A stretch of 64,000 nt of DNA from assembly GCA_963818475.1 (NCBI GenBank), contig CAWFSF010000006.1, forward strand, positions 1,664,001-1,728,000. Direction: 5' to 3'. The first letter of the stretch is position 1. Each line of letters opens with the position of its first letter. The stretch comes from Nitrospirota bacterium. Its GTDB lineage: Bacteria; Nitrospirota; UBA9217. The notes beneath the pieces were generated by a model, which saw nothing but the letters and a program-made list of their open reading frames with translations, was not told the DNA's origin and made no database searches. This document shows, in pieces, positions 22,802-33,214 of the stretch. The translations under genes and the position numbers were made by a program.

Positions 22802-23377
22802 TTATCCCCTTGTCTTTTTCAGCAGCCAGGCGATGTTCTTGCCAAGCGTTTTCATGGTCTGCACGCCTTCGGCATCATTATTCACTTCGCCGGGCTGCCT
22901 TCCCATGCCGATATTCCAATAGCTTGACCCCGGGATGATCATCTCGTTGATGGTAAAGAAATAGTTCAGCGAATTGAAAACATTGATCGCACCTGCTCGC
23001 CTGCAGGCGACCACAGCTGCGCCTATCTTGCGCTTGTACATATCCGCGTTCGCGCGGCCAACCATGCCGCTTCGTTCGATCAGAGCTTTCATCCCTGCTG
23101 AAACATCGGCAAAATACGTGGGCGATCCGAGTAGAATGCCGTCGGCTTCATCCATCTTCTGGATGCACTCGTTCATGATGTCCTTTTCCACGGCACAGCG
23201 TTTGTTTTTCTTTTCGAAGCACTTGTAGCAGGCAATGCATCCCTGAACCGGCTTTCCGGCCAGGGAATAAAGCTCGGTATCGATCCCCTCAGCTTTCAAT
23301 TCATCAAGGACGAGGTTCAAGAGTATCGCCGTGTTCCCGTCTTTTCGTGCGCTACCGTTAAAAGCAATGACCTTCAT
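22802..23377 (-). CDS. iron-sulfur flavoprotein / flavodoxin-family protein
   Basis: NGSARKDGNT, CIACYKC...C, GSPTYF. Confidence 0.9.
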   Translation of the reverse strand: MKVIAFNGSARKDGNTAILLNLVLDELKAEGIDTELYSLAGKPVQGCIACYKCFEKKNKRCAVEKDIMNECIQKMDEADGILLGSPTYFADVSAGMKALIERSGMVGRANADMYKRKIGAAVVACRRAGAINVFNSLNYFFTINEMIIPGSSYWNIGMGRQPGEVNNDAEGVQTMKTLGKNIAWLLKKTRG

Positions 23378-23410
23378 TTCAAACCTCCTCGAAATACGTG
23401 CAAATATTTA

Positions 23411-23545
23411 TAAGCCGGACAAACTGAAGCTCACGAATATCTTAACCGCGAATTTACGCGAATGAACGCTAATCGAAAAGTCGTTCCATGACCCTAATTA
23501 TTCGCGTGAATTCGCGTTCATTCGCGGTTCATTGTGTCGTGAATT
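23411..23545 (+). repeat. second copy of the MITE-like element with inverted 10-mer arms
   Basis: TAAGCCGGACAAACTGAA then AACCGCGAATTTACGCGAATGAACGCTAAT ... ATTCGCGTGAATTCGCGTTCATTCGCGGTT. Confidence 0.6.
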
Positions 23546-23564
23546 GCTCTTACAGCTTGAAACG

Positions 23565-24605
23565 CTATCGCGCAAACAGGAACTCTCCCACGTACAGCAG
23601 CAGCAGTATGAACCAGCCTGCGAGGATGATGAATTCCAGCGTCGCCCGGTAGGACACACTGAAATTCTCCGTGGCCATGGTGTACACATCCTCGAGGGTA
23701 TCGAGCTTCTCCTTGATCTCCGTTTTCCAGCTATCCAGATGGAATTTTTTTGAGATCAGGGAATAGAGCTTTGCGGAATACCAGTCCCCGATCAGCTTGA
23801 TGTTCCGTTCCACTGCTTCTGATTCAAGAATGGACTGGGTCCGTATCTCGATGATCTCTTTCACGATCTTCCGTACATCCCGCGACCTGAGGACCGGAAG
23901 CCCTTTTGAGGCGCCCATGAGGCGCAGGGTTTTTTCAAGCCGCACATCAAGATCGTAGTCGAGAATGCGCGATTTCAGGAGTTGGAGGTTCGCGATCTCG
24001 AAGAGTTCGATATTGCTCGCAAAATCACCGGATGAATCGAAGATGAACGCGCCGTCCCAGTCGACGATGGTAATGTCGTTCTTGCCGTACTTCAGGTACG
24101 ATGACAGCGTGGCTTTAACCTCTTCTTCGTCGAGCTCGATCCGTTCGTTTTTGAGGAACGCTGCGATCCTGTCTCCGAAGCGGGACAGATACACTTCCGG
24201 GTCTCCGCTGTATCCGGAGATGCAATAGACGCTGTATTCTTCATCGAACAGCGGATCGCATCCGAACTCACCCAGGATCTTCCTGCACTCATTGATGAGC
24301 CCGCGTTTGAATTCCAGCGTGGTGCCGGACAACAGATCGTCCATGTCCAGCGAAGCCTCAACAACGACCACATCCGGCAAATAAGACTTGACGATAAAGC
24401 GGACCTCGATACCGTCGCATTCCCGCTTTTCGATCCTAATGATCTTCTGTTTCGGGATCACGTCCGGGTAGCTCGGCGCGCTTTTTCCGGTCTTGGTTGC
24501 GACAACCTCCGTGGCCTCAAGGTTCATATCCGTTTCGCCAAAGAGGAAAACAACCAGCCGCCCGGGTACTGATGTTTTTTCTGCATCCATGATCGTAGAC
24601 CTCAT
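23565..24605 (-). CDS. uncharacterised protein with C-terminal TM helix (RMD1/DUF155-like)
   Basis: DITIVDWDGAFIFD, ELFEIANLQLL..RILD..LD, IGDWYSAKLY....KFHL..W...I.EKL, LEFII C-terminal helix. Family assignment is by resemblance. Confidence 0.55.
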   Translation of the reverse strand: MRSTIMDAEKTSVPGRLVVFLFGETDMNLEATEVVATKTGKSAPSYPDVIPKQKIIRIEKRECDGIEVRFIVKSYLPDVVVVEASLDMDDLLSGTTLEFKRGLINECRKILGEFGCDPLFDEEYSVYCISGYSGDPEVYLSRFGDRIAAFLKNERIELDEEEVKATLSSYLKYGKNDITIVDWDGAFIFDSSGDFASNIELFEIANLQLLKSRILDYDLDVRLEKTLRLMGASKGLPVLRSRDVRKIVKEIIEIRTQSILESEAVERNIKLIGDWYSAKLYSLISKKFHLDSWKTEIKEKLDTLEDVYTMATENFSVSYRATLEFIILAGWFILLLLYVGEFLFAR

Positions 24606-24642
24606 CGTGTTTGGAACAAAGCAGCCATTGAGCGCCTGCGCG

Positions 24643-25440
24643 TTATTTCTTAAAAACCTGCTTCAGCAAATCCGTCACCCGGGCAGCCGGATCCTTTCGT
24701 ATCTTCTGCTCTTCCTGGCCGACCATGGTAAAAAGACCATCTAAAGCCTTGCTCGTAACATAGTGGTCGAGGTCCACGACTTCATTCTTCAAGAGCGGTA
24801 TGGTCCTGGCCTTGTCCATCATTTCCTTGAACGACCGGGTCACACCGACATCGTTCATGGTCGCGGTGACTACCGGTTTGAATGAGCCGTAGATGCGGTC
24901 AAAGGTCTTCGATCTGAGATAGGCGGTCGCCGCCGTATCGTTCCCGCGCAGGATAGCCATCGCATCGGGAATGGTCATCTCCTTCACGGCTGCAACAAAA
25001 AAATCAAGCGCCTGCGGCGCCGCCTTCTCTGCAGCCCGGTTCATGCTGAGAATGAATTTGTCGACGTGCTTTCCCTGGCCGGCCCTTCGCATGACCTTTT
25101 CGATCCTCCCGATCTTTTCCGGGGCCGCGATCCTGATCAGCTGGTTGCCGAAATAGCCATCGACCTTCGAGACCGTCGTGACGCTGTTCCTGGCACCAAC
25201 AGACAACGCCTCTTTTAATCCCGCAGCGATCGTGCTCGCATCAAGCTCACCGGATCCCCCGCTCCGTTGTTCGTTCAACGCTTTTTTTATCCGGTCGCGC
25301 AGACTGGCCTGCACAGGAGCAGCAAGCAGGCAGATGATGAGAACGAGGAGCACCGGCAGAAAACGTTTTTTTTCAGCGGTAGAGGAGCATACGGTACGAT
25401 CGTGCATATTTTCTTTCATCGATAAGGACCGGCCTTTCAT
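24643..25440 (-). CDS. DUF4197 family protein
   Basis: IAAGLKEALSVG, MNRAAEKAAP, AATAYLR, YVTSKALDGLF...EE.KIR.DPAARVTDLLKQVF. Start placed at the ATGA overlap with the upstream gene. Confidence 0.85.
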   Translation of the reverse strand: MKGRSLSMKENMHDRTVCSSTAEKKRFLPVLLVLIICLLAAPVQASLRDRIKKALNEQRSGGSGELDASTIAAGLKEALSVGARNSVTTVSKVDGYFGNQLIRIAAPEKIGRIEKVMRRAGQGKHVDKFILSMNRAAEKAAPQALDFFVAAVKEMTIPDAMAILRGNDTAATAYLRSKTFDRIYGSFKPVVTATMNDVGVTRSFKEMMDKARTIPLLKNEVVDLDHYVTSKALDGLFTMVGQEEQKIRKDPAARVTDLLKQVFKK

Positions 25441-25940
25441 TCGGGCACCTCCGGAGAATGGGGAAATGTCACTGAGGTCAAGGCCTGTATGCCGAACAAG
25501 ACCAGCGAGGCCAGGCCCCAGGCAAGACCGACGACCACACCTGCGTCCACAATACCGCGCCATGGCTGGTCCAGAAGACGGACGAGCAGCACGAGGACAA
25601 TGATGCCGGCCGTCACCGAGATGGACGTGATCTGCCTCCGGCGCGTGGCATGGAAAAAGCCCATGCAGAAGAGCGGCGCGAAGATAGCGTGGGAGAGGCG
25701 TCCCTGATCCTTGAGATAACGTGCGCGGGCTGCGACGCGCGGCGAGAAACCCTGCTGAAACGCGCGGTACCCTTCGACGTAGGCCATAAAAAAAACAACG
25801 AGCGCCAGCGTGACCGTGTGATACCAGTGAAAATCGAATGAAAAAGCGCTGACCGCCATCGGCGTCAAGCGATAGATGGCGCTCCCGAGCAAGAGGACGA
25901 CCCCTGTCAATCCCCACCATGCACCCAACTTCTTCTGCAT
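25437..25940 (-). CDS. hypothetical membrane protein
   Basis: 167-aa ORF with about four hydrophobic helices (EGYRAFQQGFSPRV, PWRGIVDAGVVVGL). Confidence 0.7.
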   Translation of the reverse strand: MQKKLGAWWGLTGVVLLLGSAIYRLTPMAVSAFSFDFHWYHTVTLALVVFFMAYVEGYRAFQQGFSPRVAARARYLKDQGRLSHAIFAPLFCMGFFHATRRRQITSISVTAGIIVLVLLVRLLDQPWRGIVDAGVVVGLAWGLASLVLFGIQALTSVTFPHSPEVPE

Positions 25941-26132
25941 TACGTTCTGTCCCTTTCTGGAAAACCACTTTGATTGGACGAACAGCAGCTTAATTCCGCT
26001 GCATGCCCTTCCTCAAAACATCTCAGTAACTGTACTGGAAATTCGGAAACAGGTCAAGAAAAAGTCCCGTGGCAAAGGTCAAGCCGCAAGGTAAAGGCGG
26101 CGCCTTCAGATGCAGCCTTCAGCACGATCTTT

Positions 26133-26954
26133 CTATCTGAACTGTGATGCCATCCGCTCAAGCAGAAGCCCCCAGGCCTTTTTCCAGGTTGACCACTCAT
26201 GTCCCCCTCCAACCACCACGACGCGGTCAGCCGGCAATACGGTTGCCAGGAGGTCCTGGGCATAGGTAAATCGGTCCCCACGCCCGTACCCCAGATAGAC
26301 GGGAGGATATTCCGAAGCATGGCCCTCATACTGCTTGAGCCATGACCAAAGCTGACGCTCCCAGTCTTTGTCTTTGATAGTTCCCGGGTCCCAGGTGTGC
26401 AATCCACCGGCTTGCTCTATTTCGCGTATGATCGCCCGATCTCCGGCATAGGCGCCGAGCAGTACTACGCCGGAAATATCAGCAGGATATCGGGATGCGT
26501 AAACGATCGATCCATATGCACCCAGTGAGTTTCCCACAAGCCAGATACGGTCATATCCATTTTTTCTTGCAGGATCGACCACATCTCGCTTTAACCGCTC
26601 CATGATCGAGCCGTTCCGGTAGTATCCGAGATGGGCGTTTACACCGATGATATCGGCATACAGGTTCCGTTCCCGAAGCAGGGGAATGAGGCCGTTCCGC
26701 CTAAAGGCATCGTTTGCGTCGCCATTGCCGGGCAGGTAAATGAGAAGGGTGTGGTGCGGTTGTTCAGTACCGGCTAAACGCACTATTTCGATCGGCACGG
26801 TAAGCGGCCTGGAGCAGCCGACCTGAAAAGATGCCAGGATCATGAACGAGTATAAGAGTCCTGACACCCTGCTGAACAAGGACCGGCGGAAGCGTTCCGC
26901 CCTGCGCCGCACTCCCTGACGATCCGCATGTGCCGGCATAGCCGTTAACCTCAT
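26133..26954 (-). CDS. alpha/beta hydrolase, probable lipoprotein
   Basis: LLIYLPG, nucleophile GNSLG, GGGHEW; the true start may be downstream of the one given. Confidence 0.75.
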   Translation of the reverse strand: MRLTAMPAHADRQGVRRRAERFRRSLFSRVSGLLYSFMILASFQVGCSRPLTVPIEIVRLAGTEQPHHTLLIYLPGNGDANDAFRRNGLIPLLRERNLYADIIGVNAHLGYYRNGSIMERLKRDVVDPARKNGYDRIWLVGNSLGAYGSIVYASRYPADISGVVLLGAYAGDRAIIREIEQAGGLHTWDPGTIKDKDWERQLWSWLKQYEGHASEYPPVYLGYGRGDRFTYAQDLLATVLPADRVVVVGGGHEWSTWKKAWGLLLERMASQFR

Positions 26955-27096
26955 GAATAGTGGGGCAGATCATAAACAATTCGGGACGGCCATCTGAGCA
27001 GGCCGTCCCGTGTGGCATAAGAACACTCGTCCCGCCATGCGAGCGCAGCAGGGAATAACAGAGCTGTTCTACCGTGCGATACTTTTCCCGACGAAT

Positions 27097-27414
27097 TTAC
27101 TTGTGACACTTGGTGCAGTTCTTCGTATCCTTCACGTCAAAGGATTTTTCGCCGTTGTGGCACTTGCCGCAAAAATCTCCTTTTGTAATTTTGGTCATAT
27201 CCATTTTATAGGAACCCTGTGCCATCTGGAAGACCTGATAGTGGCAACCCGAGCACTTCAGCCCCTTGCCCTTCACATGGATCTCATGACTGAATACGAC
27301 CGGAGCGGCCCCTTTGGGCCGTAACGTAAGATCACCGCCGCCAACCATCTCGGCATCCGCATTAAAAGCAAGCATCATGCTGAAAACAAAACACATCGTG
27401 AATATCTTTTTCAT
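27097..27414 (-). CDS. periplasmic triheme c7-type cytochrome
   Basis: Signal peptide; VVFSHEIH; CSGCH, CGKCH, CTKCH. Confidence 0.9.
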   Translation of the reverse strand: MKKIFTMCFVFSMMLAFNADAEMVGGGDLTLRPKGAAPVVFSHEIHVKGKGLKCSGCHYQVFQMAQGSYKMDMTKITKGDFCGKCHNGEKSFDVKDTKNCTKCHK

Positions 27415-27576
27415 TCCCCCACCCCTCTCTGAAGAAAGATTTGGACAGCCCTGTCTGCGTTATAGTATAACAGAATTTATTCAAAAACTCGACGCCCGAT
27501 GAAGAAAGTCTTCCTCGCCAAATAAAATCCGCTGACGGTTCAACCACTTCGCAAATGATCGAGCAACTGATCGTGG

Positions 27577-28026
27577 TTATTTCAACTGCAGCGAAGTAAG
27601 TTCCTGATAGGTCAAGACCTTTGACTTTCCGGACCGGGCAGCGACCGAGGCTGCCTGCTCCCTGGTCTTGAACGCAATAATGCCATATCCCATGGGTGTT
27701 TTAATTTCCGGCCCGGAGACGAAGAAGGCGTTCTCGATGACAACAGGCTCGCCCGTGAGGTAGTCATAGACCCGAGCATTGCTGTCAAAGGCCGACATTC
27801 TCATGGCACATTCGCCGTCGCGCCAGAGCATGGAGCACCCGATATCGTCGAACGCCATTGGTTCTATCCCCTCGGTCAGCGTGACCGAATACTTCCTGTT
27901 CGCCTCAGGTATCTTCATATTGCACTTGTTGCACCACGTAGGGGCTTCTTTCTCTGCAGCCGGAACGGCCACCGGCAGAAGTACCATAAACAGCAACAGC
28001 AGAAAAGAAAAGCGTTCCTTGATCAT
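27577..28026 (-). CDS. NosL-family copper-chaperone-like protein
   Basis: Signal peptide; CNKCNM, FDDIGC, TPMGYGIIAF. Confidence 0.8.
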   Translation of the reverse strand: MIKERFSFLLLLFMVLLPVAVPAAEKEAPTWCNKCNMKIPEANRKYSVTLTEGIEPMAFDDIGCSMLWRDGECAMRMSAFDSNARVYDYLTGEPVVIENAFFVSGPEIKTPMGYGIIAFKTREQAASVAARSGKSKVLTYQELTSLQLK

Positions 28027-28081
28027 TTAAACCCTCCTTGCCATAGTATCCACGAACGGATTCGCAGAAAATGCCACTGCG

Positions 28082-28592
28082 CTATCCGCTGACGGCTTTC
28101 AAAATTCCCTGCAGCAGCGCAGTCGGTGTGGGCGGACATCCGTGTATAACAGCGTCCACGGGGATAACTTTGTCTATTCCGCCCAGAGAAGCATAGCTCT
28201 CGCCGAAAACGCCCCCGTTGCATCCGCAGTCTCCCACGGCGATCACGAGCTTCGGCGTCGGCGTTGCATCATAGGTCCTTCTGAGCGCGATCTCCATATT
28301 ATGCGTTACCGGACCGGTGACAAGAAGCAGATCGGCAAATCGCGGCGACGCCGTGAAGTGAATGCCGAAGCGCTCGACAGTTATAGATCGGATTATTGAT
28401 CGCATGGATCTCAAGCTCGCACCCGTTGCAGGAGCCGGCATCCACCTGACGGATCGTGAGGCTTCTTTGGAAACGACGCCTGATGACCTCTTCCAGTTTG
28501 ACGCCGATCTTTTCGAGCTCCGGGTCGGTAATGGGAGGCAGTTTTTCCGTGACAATGCCGGTACGGAATATCTGTTTGAGGATCCTGATCAT
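28082..28592 (-). CDS. Ehr cluster A small Fe-S subunit (HyfI/NuoB-like; frameshift ~28380)
   Basis: VDAGSCNGCELE, ASPRFAD.LLVTGPVT, VGDC, GCPPTP. Confidence 0.88.
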
Positions 28593-28804
28593 AAGACTCC
28601 AAACATATACGAAAAATTAACCACGAAGACACTGAGGCACGGAGAAAACAAGAATCCTATGGGGACACGGATTTACACGGAAACATCGGATAAGAAAAAA
28701 TCGTTTTGTTTTCATCCTTAATCCGTTTTTTCCGCGTAAATCCGTGTCAAAGTTTCAAACCGTCCGTTCAGCGGCGATTGTTATTACAATATGCCGAAAT
28801 TGCC

Positions 28805-30381
28805 TCACAAATCATGCCCCGAATAGGACTGATTAAAGCTTTTGTTGCAGACCGGAAAGTCGGGAACAATGTTCCCGTGGATGCACTGCTCAAGCCCCAG
28901 CCAGTTCAGGCTCGACGGGTCCCTGACCATGCAGCGGTTGATCTCTCCGTTCATGTCCGGACTGCACCCAATAGAGGATCTCTCCGCGCCATCCTTCGAC
29001 CGCAGCGAAACCGGACCGGTCCGGCAAGGGAGAGCCAACGAGTTGCGCTGATCCTGCCTGTCGGGAAGCGACCCCAGCAATTCGCGGATGATCCTGATGG
29101 ACTCGCGCACCTCTTCCACCCTGATCCAGGCCCGTGCATGAACATCGCCGGAGATCAGCACCGGCACATTCACGCTGATCCGGTCATAGGGAGGAAACGG
29201 ATGATGGATGCGGCAGTCAAGGTTCAGACCGCTTGCCCGCGCTACGATCCCGACCACGCCGAGGTCGCGCGCCCGCGCCGGTTTGAGCACGCCCGTGTCC
29301 CGCACCCGGTCTTCCAGGGATGAATTCTCATCGTAGATCACGACGAGCCGTTCGAAATCTTTTTCCAGCCGGTCCAGTTCTTCAAGGATAGCCGCGATAC
29401 CGGAGTCATCGATATCAGTGGTTACGCCGCCCGGCACGATCCGGTCCATCATGAACCGGTGGCCGAAGAGCTTGAGGTTGGTGCGGAGCAGGTGTTCCTT
29501 CAGCCGGTGAAACTGGTACAACAGGATCGCAAAAGCGACATCATTGCAGATAGCGCCCAGGTCGCCGAGATGGTTCGCGATGCGTTCCCGTTCAAGGAAC
29601 AGCGCCCGGAGCCACATGGCCCGATCAGGAAGGATGGTGCCGGTCAACGCCTCCACTGCCCTGGGCATAGGCAAGGCTGTGGGCGACCGTGGTATCGCCC
29701 GACACGCGTGCAGCCAGACGCGCTGCCTCCTGCCAGGAGAGCGACTCGAACCGCTTTTCAATGCCCTTGTGCACGTAGCCCAGCTTTTCTTCAAGATTGA
29801 TGACGTCCTCGCCCATGGCCTGGAAACGGAAATGGCCGGGCTCGATGATGCCGGCATGGACCGGCCCGACCGGGATCTCGTAGATCCCCTCGCCCTCGGC
29901 CCGGATCCAGCGGTACTCTCCGGGGACCCGCGGCAGTTTTGTGGAGGCGTCGAAGGTCTTTCTGAGCGGCCAGGCATCGACCGGCCAGTCCTCGTGCTTG
30001 ATCCAGGGACGGTCGTCCGGATTGCCCACCGGCGTCAGCCCCATGAGGCTCTGGATCTGCCGTTCGAATCGATAGGCGGCAACGAACTTTTTGGTCAGGC
30101 TCGGGAAGGTCGGATCTTCGACAGGCACCTCTGTCTTCACCACGAGGTACTCCCGCTCTCTCCGGTAGCAGGCGTAAACAGCGAACCCTCTGCCCATCAG
30201 CGTCTCATCAGCAGCCCACTCCCCGGCGAGCAGGGCATATTCCTTCTTGAGCATCCGCGCTGTTTCAGCGAACCGTTTCCGCGGTACGACAAGGGACATC
30301 ACCGAAGAAGGAGCAATAGCAGTCATCCTCTTTCGCATCGTCACCGAGCGCAGCCATAACTAGGTTTTTCAATCTGATCAT
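28805..30381 (-). CDS. Ehr cluster A large subunit (HyfG/NuoCD-like, no NiFe cysteines; frameshifted)
   Basis: EIPVGPVHAGIIEPGHFRF, ARVSGDTTVAH, ERERIANHLGDLG, PDFPVCNKSFNQSYSGHDL. Confidence 0.88.
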
Positions 30382-30405
30382 AGTAATCTCGCGAACAAGA
30401 CATTC

Positions 30406-30552
30406 ACCACGGAGACACAGAGACACGGAGAAGGACAATGCCGTGTACTGACAATATATAAAGAGCAAAGCCTGATGTTGATGTCATATCAGAACCTTCG
30501 TTGATCCTGCAGGCGCCGTTATCTCTTCTCTGAGTCTCCGTGCCTCCGTGGT
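30406..30552. repeat. inverted 9-mer repeat pair
   Basis: ACCACGGAGACACAGAGACACGGAG ... CTCTGAGTCTCCGTGCCTCCGTGGT. Confidence 0.8.
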
Positions 30553-30566
30553 AAAAAATGTCTTCA

Positions 30567-32015
30567 TTATTTCAGCAGCACTACTGCCGTCTGGAACCAC
30601 CCGGCAAGGAACTTCGGCATGTACAGGCCGAGCACCAGAACAAGCGCCATGTGCAGCAGCACAGGAATATGAGCGACTTTCAGGTGTTTCTGATAAGGTG
30701 GTATTTCCCCGGATACCATGGGCTGGACCTTCCTGAACAGCGCCGCAAAGGTGACCGCGAGGCCCAGCAGCAGGAACGGGGCCAGGAAAGGCGCGTCCTT
30801 GATGGTCGCCGTCAGGATCAGGAACTCGCTCGTGAATACCCCAAAGGGCGGCATTCCCACGATCGCCATAACGCCCAGCGCCATGCCCCACCCGACAAGC
30901 GGATTGCCGCGGATGAGCCCTTTGATCTTGTCCATTTCCTGCGTCCGGTGCATCTGCGACGCATGGCCCACGGTAAAAAAGATGGCCGACTTGGTCAGGC
31001 TGTGGACCAGCATGTGAAGCAGCGCTCCGAAGGTGGCCACCGGGCCGCCCAGGCCAAAGGCGAAGGTGGCAATGCCCATGTGCTCGATCGATGAATAGGC
31101 GAACATGCGCTTGATGTCCTTTTGGCGCAGGATGGAGAAGGATGCGACCATGATCGAGAGCAGGCCGAATCCCATCATGATATTCCCGGAGTGGTGCGTC
31201 CCGGTTGATCCGTCCACCAGGACCTTGCAGCGGACCAGCGCATAGAGCGCGATGTTCAGCAGAAGGCCCGAGAGCACGGCCGAGATGGGAGTTGGTCCTT
31301 CGCTGTGGGCATCGGGAAGCCAGTTGTGGAGCGGAACGAGCCCGACTTTAGTGCCGTACCCGACCATGAGGAACACAAAAGCAAGAGACAATATGGTCGG
31401 TTCGAGCTGGCTGCTCACCTGTGCAAGGTTCGTCCAGTGGAGTGCGGCGCCGCCTGCGCCCAGTACCTTTTCCGCCGCAAAGTAGAGCAGCACGGTGCCG
31501 AACAGCGCAAGAGCGATCCCCACGCCGCAGAGGATGAAATATTTCCATGCTGCTTCGATCGATGCAGGAGTCCGGTAGAGCGATACGAGGAGGACCGTCG
31601 ACAGCGTGGCAAGCTCCATGGCGATCCAGAGGATGCCGACGTTGTTCGTCAGGAGGCAGAGCAGCATGGCAAAGATAAAGAGCTGATACATGGCGTGATA
31701 GAACCGCATCCTGCGGTGCCCCAATGTCCCGTGCTCGCGTTCACGCCGCATGTAGCGTCTGCTGAAGATGGCGGTGGTCATGGAAACAAATGCAGTAAGT
31801 ACGGACAGGTAGATGCTGAAAGCGTCGACAAAGAAGAAGTCGTTCCAGGCCAGCAACGGGCCCTGTTCGTAGACCTGGAACGCCAGCACAATGCCGGCCG
31901 CGCAGGTCGTTGCGGAGCCGAGGATGTTCACCTCGGGCGCATATTTCCGGTCGCCGATGATGGCCAGCATCAGCGAGGAGATGAGCGGGATGACTAAGAG
32001 AATCAGGAGATACAT
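30567..32015 (-). CDS. Ehr cluster A antiporter-like subunit (HyfF-like)
   Basis: WIAMELATL, EAAWKY, GYGTKVGLVPLHNWLPDAHSEGP, KRMFAYSSIEHMG. Confidence 0.92.
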   Translation of the reverse strand: MYLLILLVIPLISSLMLAIIGDRKYAPEVNILGSATTCAAGIVLAFQVYEQGPLLAWNDFFFVDAFSIYLSVLTAFVSMTTAIFSRRYMRREREHGTLGHRRMRFYHAMYQLFIFAMLLCLLTNNVGILWIAMELATLSTVLLVSLYRTPASIEAAWKYFILCGVGIALALFGTVLLYFAAEKVLGAGGAALHWTNLAQVSSQLEPTILSLAFVFLMVGYGTKVGLVPLHNWLPDAHSEGPTPISAVLSGLLLNIALYALVRCKVLVDGSTGTHHSGNIMMGFGLLSIMVASFSILRQKDIKRMFAYSSIEHMGIATFAFGLGGPVATFGALLHMLVHSLTKSAIFFTVGHASQMHRTQEMDKIKGLIRGNPLVGWGMALGVMAIVGMPPFGVFTSEFLILTATIKDAPFLAPFLLLGLAVTFAALFRKVQPMVSGEIPPYQKHLKVAHIPVLLHMALVLVLGLYMPKFLAGWFQTAVVLLK

Positions 32016-32100
32016 GAGAACCTCAGCGCGTTATAACAGTGAACCGTATTATTGCGATTAATGATAAGCTAACCCGCTTGGCGGGAGAGATTGGTTATTT

Positions 32101-32328
32101 TTAGTTTCTTTTGACTAATTGAATATCTTCTGAATATTTCGCATAGTGGACGAGGCCCATTTTTCCGCTTTTTATCATAATGCCGTTCTTCAAGTAGTTC
32201 CATTCTTGAGCGGGAAAATCGGCCGAATATTCATTCGTATCGATTGAGAAAACGACAACCCCGAAATCGTCATCTGCGATTTTCACTTTATCGCCAATTC
32301 TGATATCAGTTCCATCCGAGTAGTGCAT
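32101..32328 (-). CDS. small low-GC hypothetical protein
   Basis: 75-aa ORF with a GAGG RBS and GTG start, AT-rich relative to its neighbours. Confidence 0.6.
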   Translation of the reverse strand: MHYSDGTDIRIGDKVKIADDDFGVVVFSIDTNEYSADFPAQEWNYLKNGIMIKSGKMGLVHYAKYSEDIQLVKRN

Positions 32329-32364
32329 TATTTTACCTCAAACGGTTCATATGAAGTGCAGTTC

Positions 32365-32433
32365 GTAGGTTGGGTTAAGCGAAGCGCAACCCAACAGCAT
32401 TTGTCGGGTTTTACGTTGCTCTACCGAGCCTAC
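32365..32433. repeat. GTAG-type REP doublet (REPIN-like)
   Basis: GTAGGTTGGGTTAAGCGAAGCGCAACCCAAC ... GTCGGGTTTTACGTTGCTCTACCGAGCCTAC; an inverted near-copy lies at 57958-58027. Confidence 0.8.
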
Positions 32434-32457
32434 CGACTTTTTCTTCTGCATCAGCAA

Positions 32458-32856
32458 TTACAGTTTCATCACTCTGAGCGCCGTGCATTGCGCAATATAA
32501 TCGAAATCGGAATCATTATGCAGCAAGGTAAGTTCGTTCTCGATTGCGACCGCAGCGATCAGGCAGTCAATTGTCTTTCTGATGGTTTTGCCTTTTTTCA
32601 TGCATCGCCGGGAAATATTTGCAGCTTCAACATAGGTCGTGATGTCGGAAGGACCATACAGAGGAAATTCAAGAAGGTATCCTTTTGTTTCATTGTTCGC
32701 CTTATCATCCTTTATGCCCTGCAGTATTTCGGTGAGTATAATACCGGTAATACAGAGGTCTTCCTCTTCGACGATGAGATTATGGAGAATGTCGCGATAT
32801 GGAGTGTCCCTGCCTCGAAAGAAATCGATCCATACGCTGGTATCAATCAGGACCAT
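32458..32856 (-). CDS. vapC: VapC-family PIN-domain toxin
   Basis: MVLIDTSVWIDFFRG, EILQG, IDCLIAA.A......LLHND.DF. Confidence 0.92.
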   Translation of the reverse strand: MVLIDTSVWIDFFRGRDTPYRDILHNLIVEEEDLCITGIILTEILQGIKDDKANNETKGYLLEFPLYGPSDITTYVEAANISRRCMKKGKTIRKTIDCLIAAVAIENELTLLHNDSDFDYIAQCTALRVMKL

Positions 32857-33053
32857 ACCCTGCTCGCCCTCATCTGGCTCAAGTCTCCCTCCCATTGGAC
32901 CTTGCCTTCAAGTTCCAGGATGCGTTTTCTTCTTGCCTTTTTAACCAATTCCTCCAATGCGAAATTCACCAGCTCTTTCTTTGTCCTCAAGTGTGTGACC
33001 TTGAGCCCTTCCTTTACCAACTTGTCGTCTATATCAATGTTCGTTCTTGACAT
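32847..33053 (-). CDS. vapB: VapB-family antitoxin
   Basis: MSRTNIDIDDKLVKEG..TKKELVNFALEELV..GKVQWEGDL; overlaps vapC. Confidence 0.9.
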   Translation of the reverse strand: MSRTNIDIDDKLVKEGLKVTHLRTKKELVNFALEELVKKARRKRILELEGKVQWEGDLSQMRASRVWS

Positions 33054-33069
33054 AAATTCTCCTTAAATA

Positions 33070-33109
33070 ATCATACACCAAATATAGCAGAATCGTGTGT
33101 ATGATACAA
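33070..33109 (-). promoter_or_regulatory. vapBC promoter with palindromic operator
   Basis: Minus strand TTGTAT-17 nt-TATATT (with TGn extension), overlapped by the inverted repeat ATCATACAC...GTGTATGAT. Confidence 0.65.
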
Positions 33110-33148
33110 GTGATCCCTTGGTGTAGTCCATAAACTTCAAAAAGCCGT

Positions 33149-33186
33149 CCCCCTCACCCTCCGCCCTCTCCCACAAGGGGTGAGGG
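33149..33186. repeat. CCCTC-type REP-like palindrome
   Basis: CCCCCTCACCCTCCGCCCTCTCCCACAAGGGGTGAGGG. Confidence 0.65.
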
Positions 33187-33214
33187 TACACTGGCGTATC
33201 GGAACATCTTGACA

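Noticed and set aside
24643-25968. 441-aa DUF4197 ORF as one long protein
   Set aside because: Its N-terminal third overlaps the membrane-protein gene 25437-25940 in another frame; the real start is at or after 25440.
32030-32100. attC site after the 75-aa gene
   Set aside because: TAAC and GTTAG cores are present but only about 35 bp apart, and no convincing L-box pairing was found.
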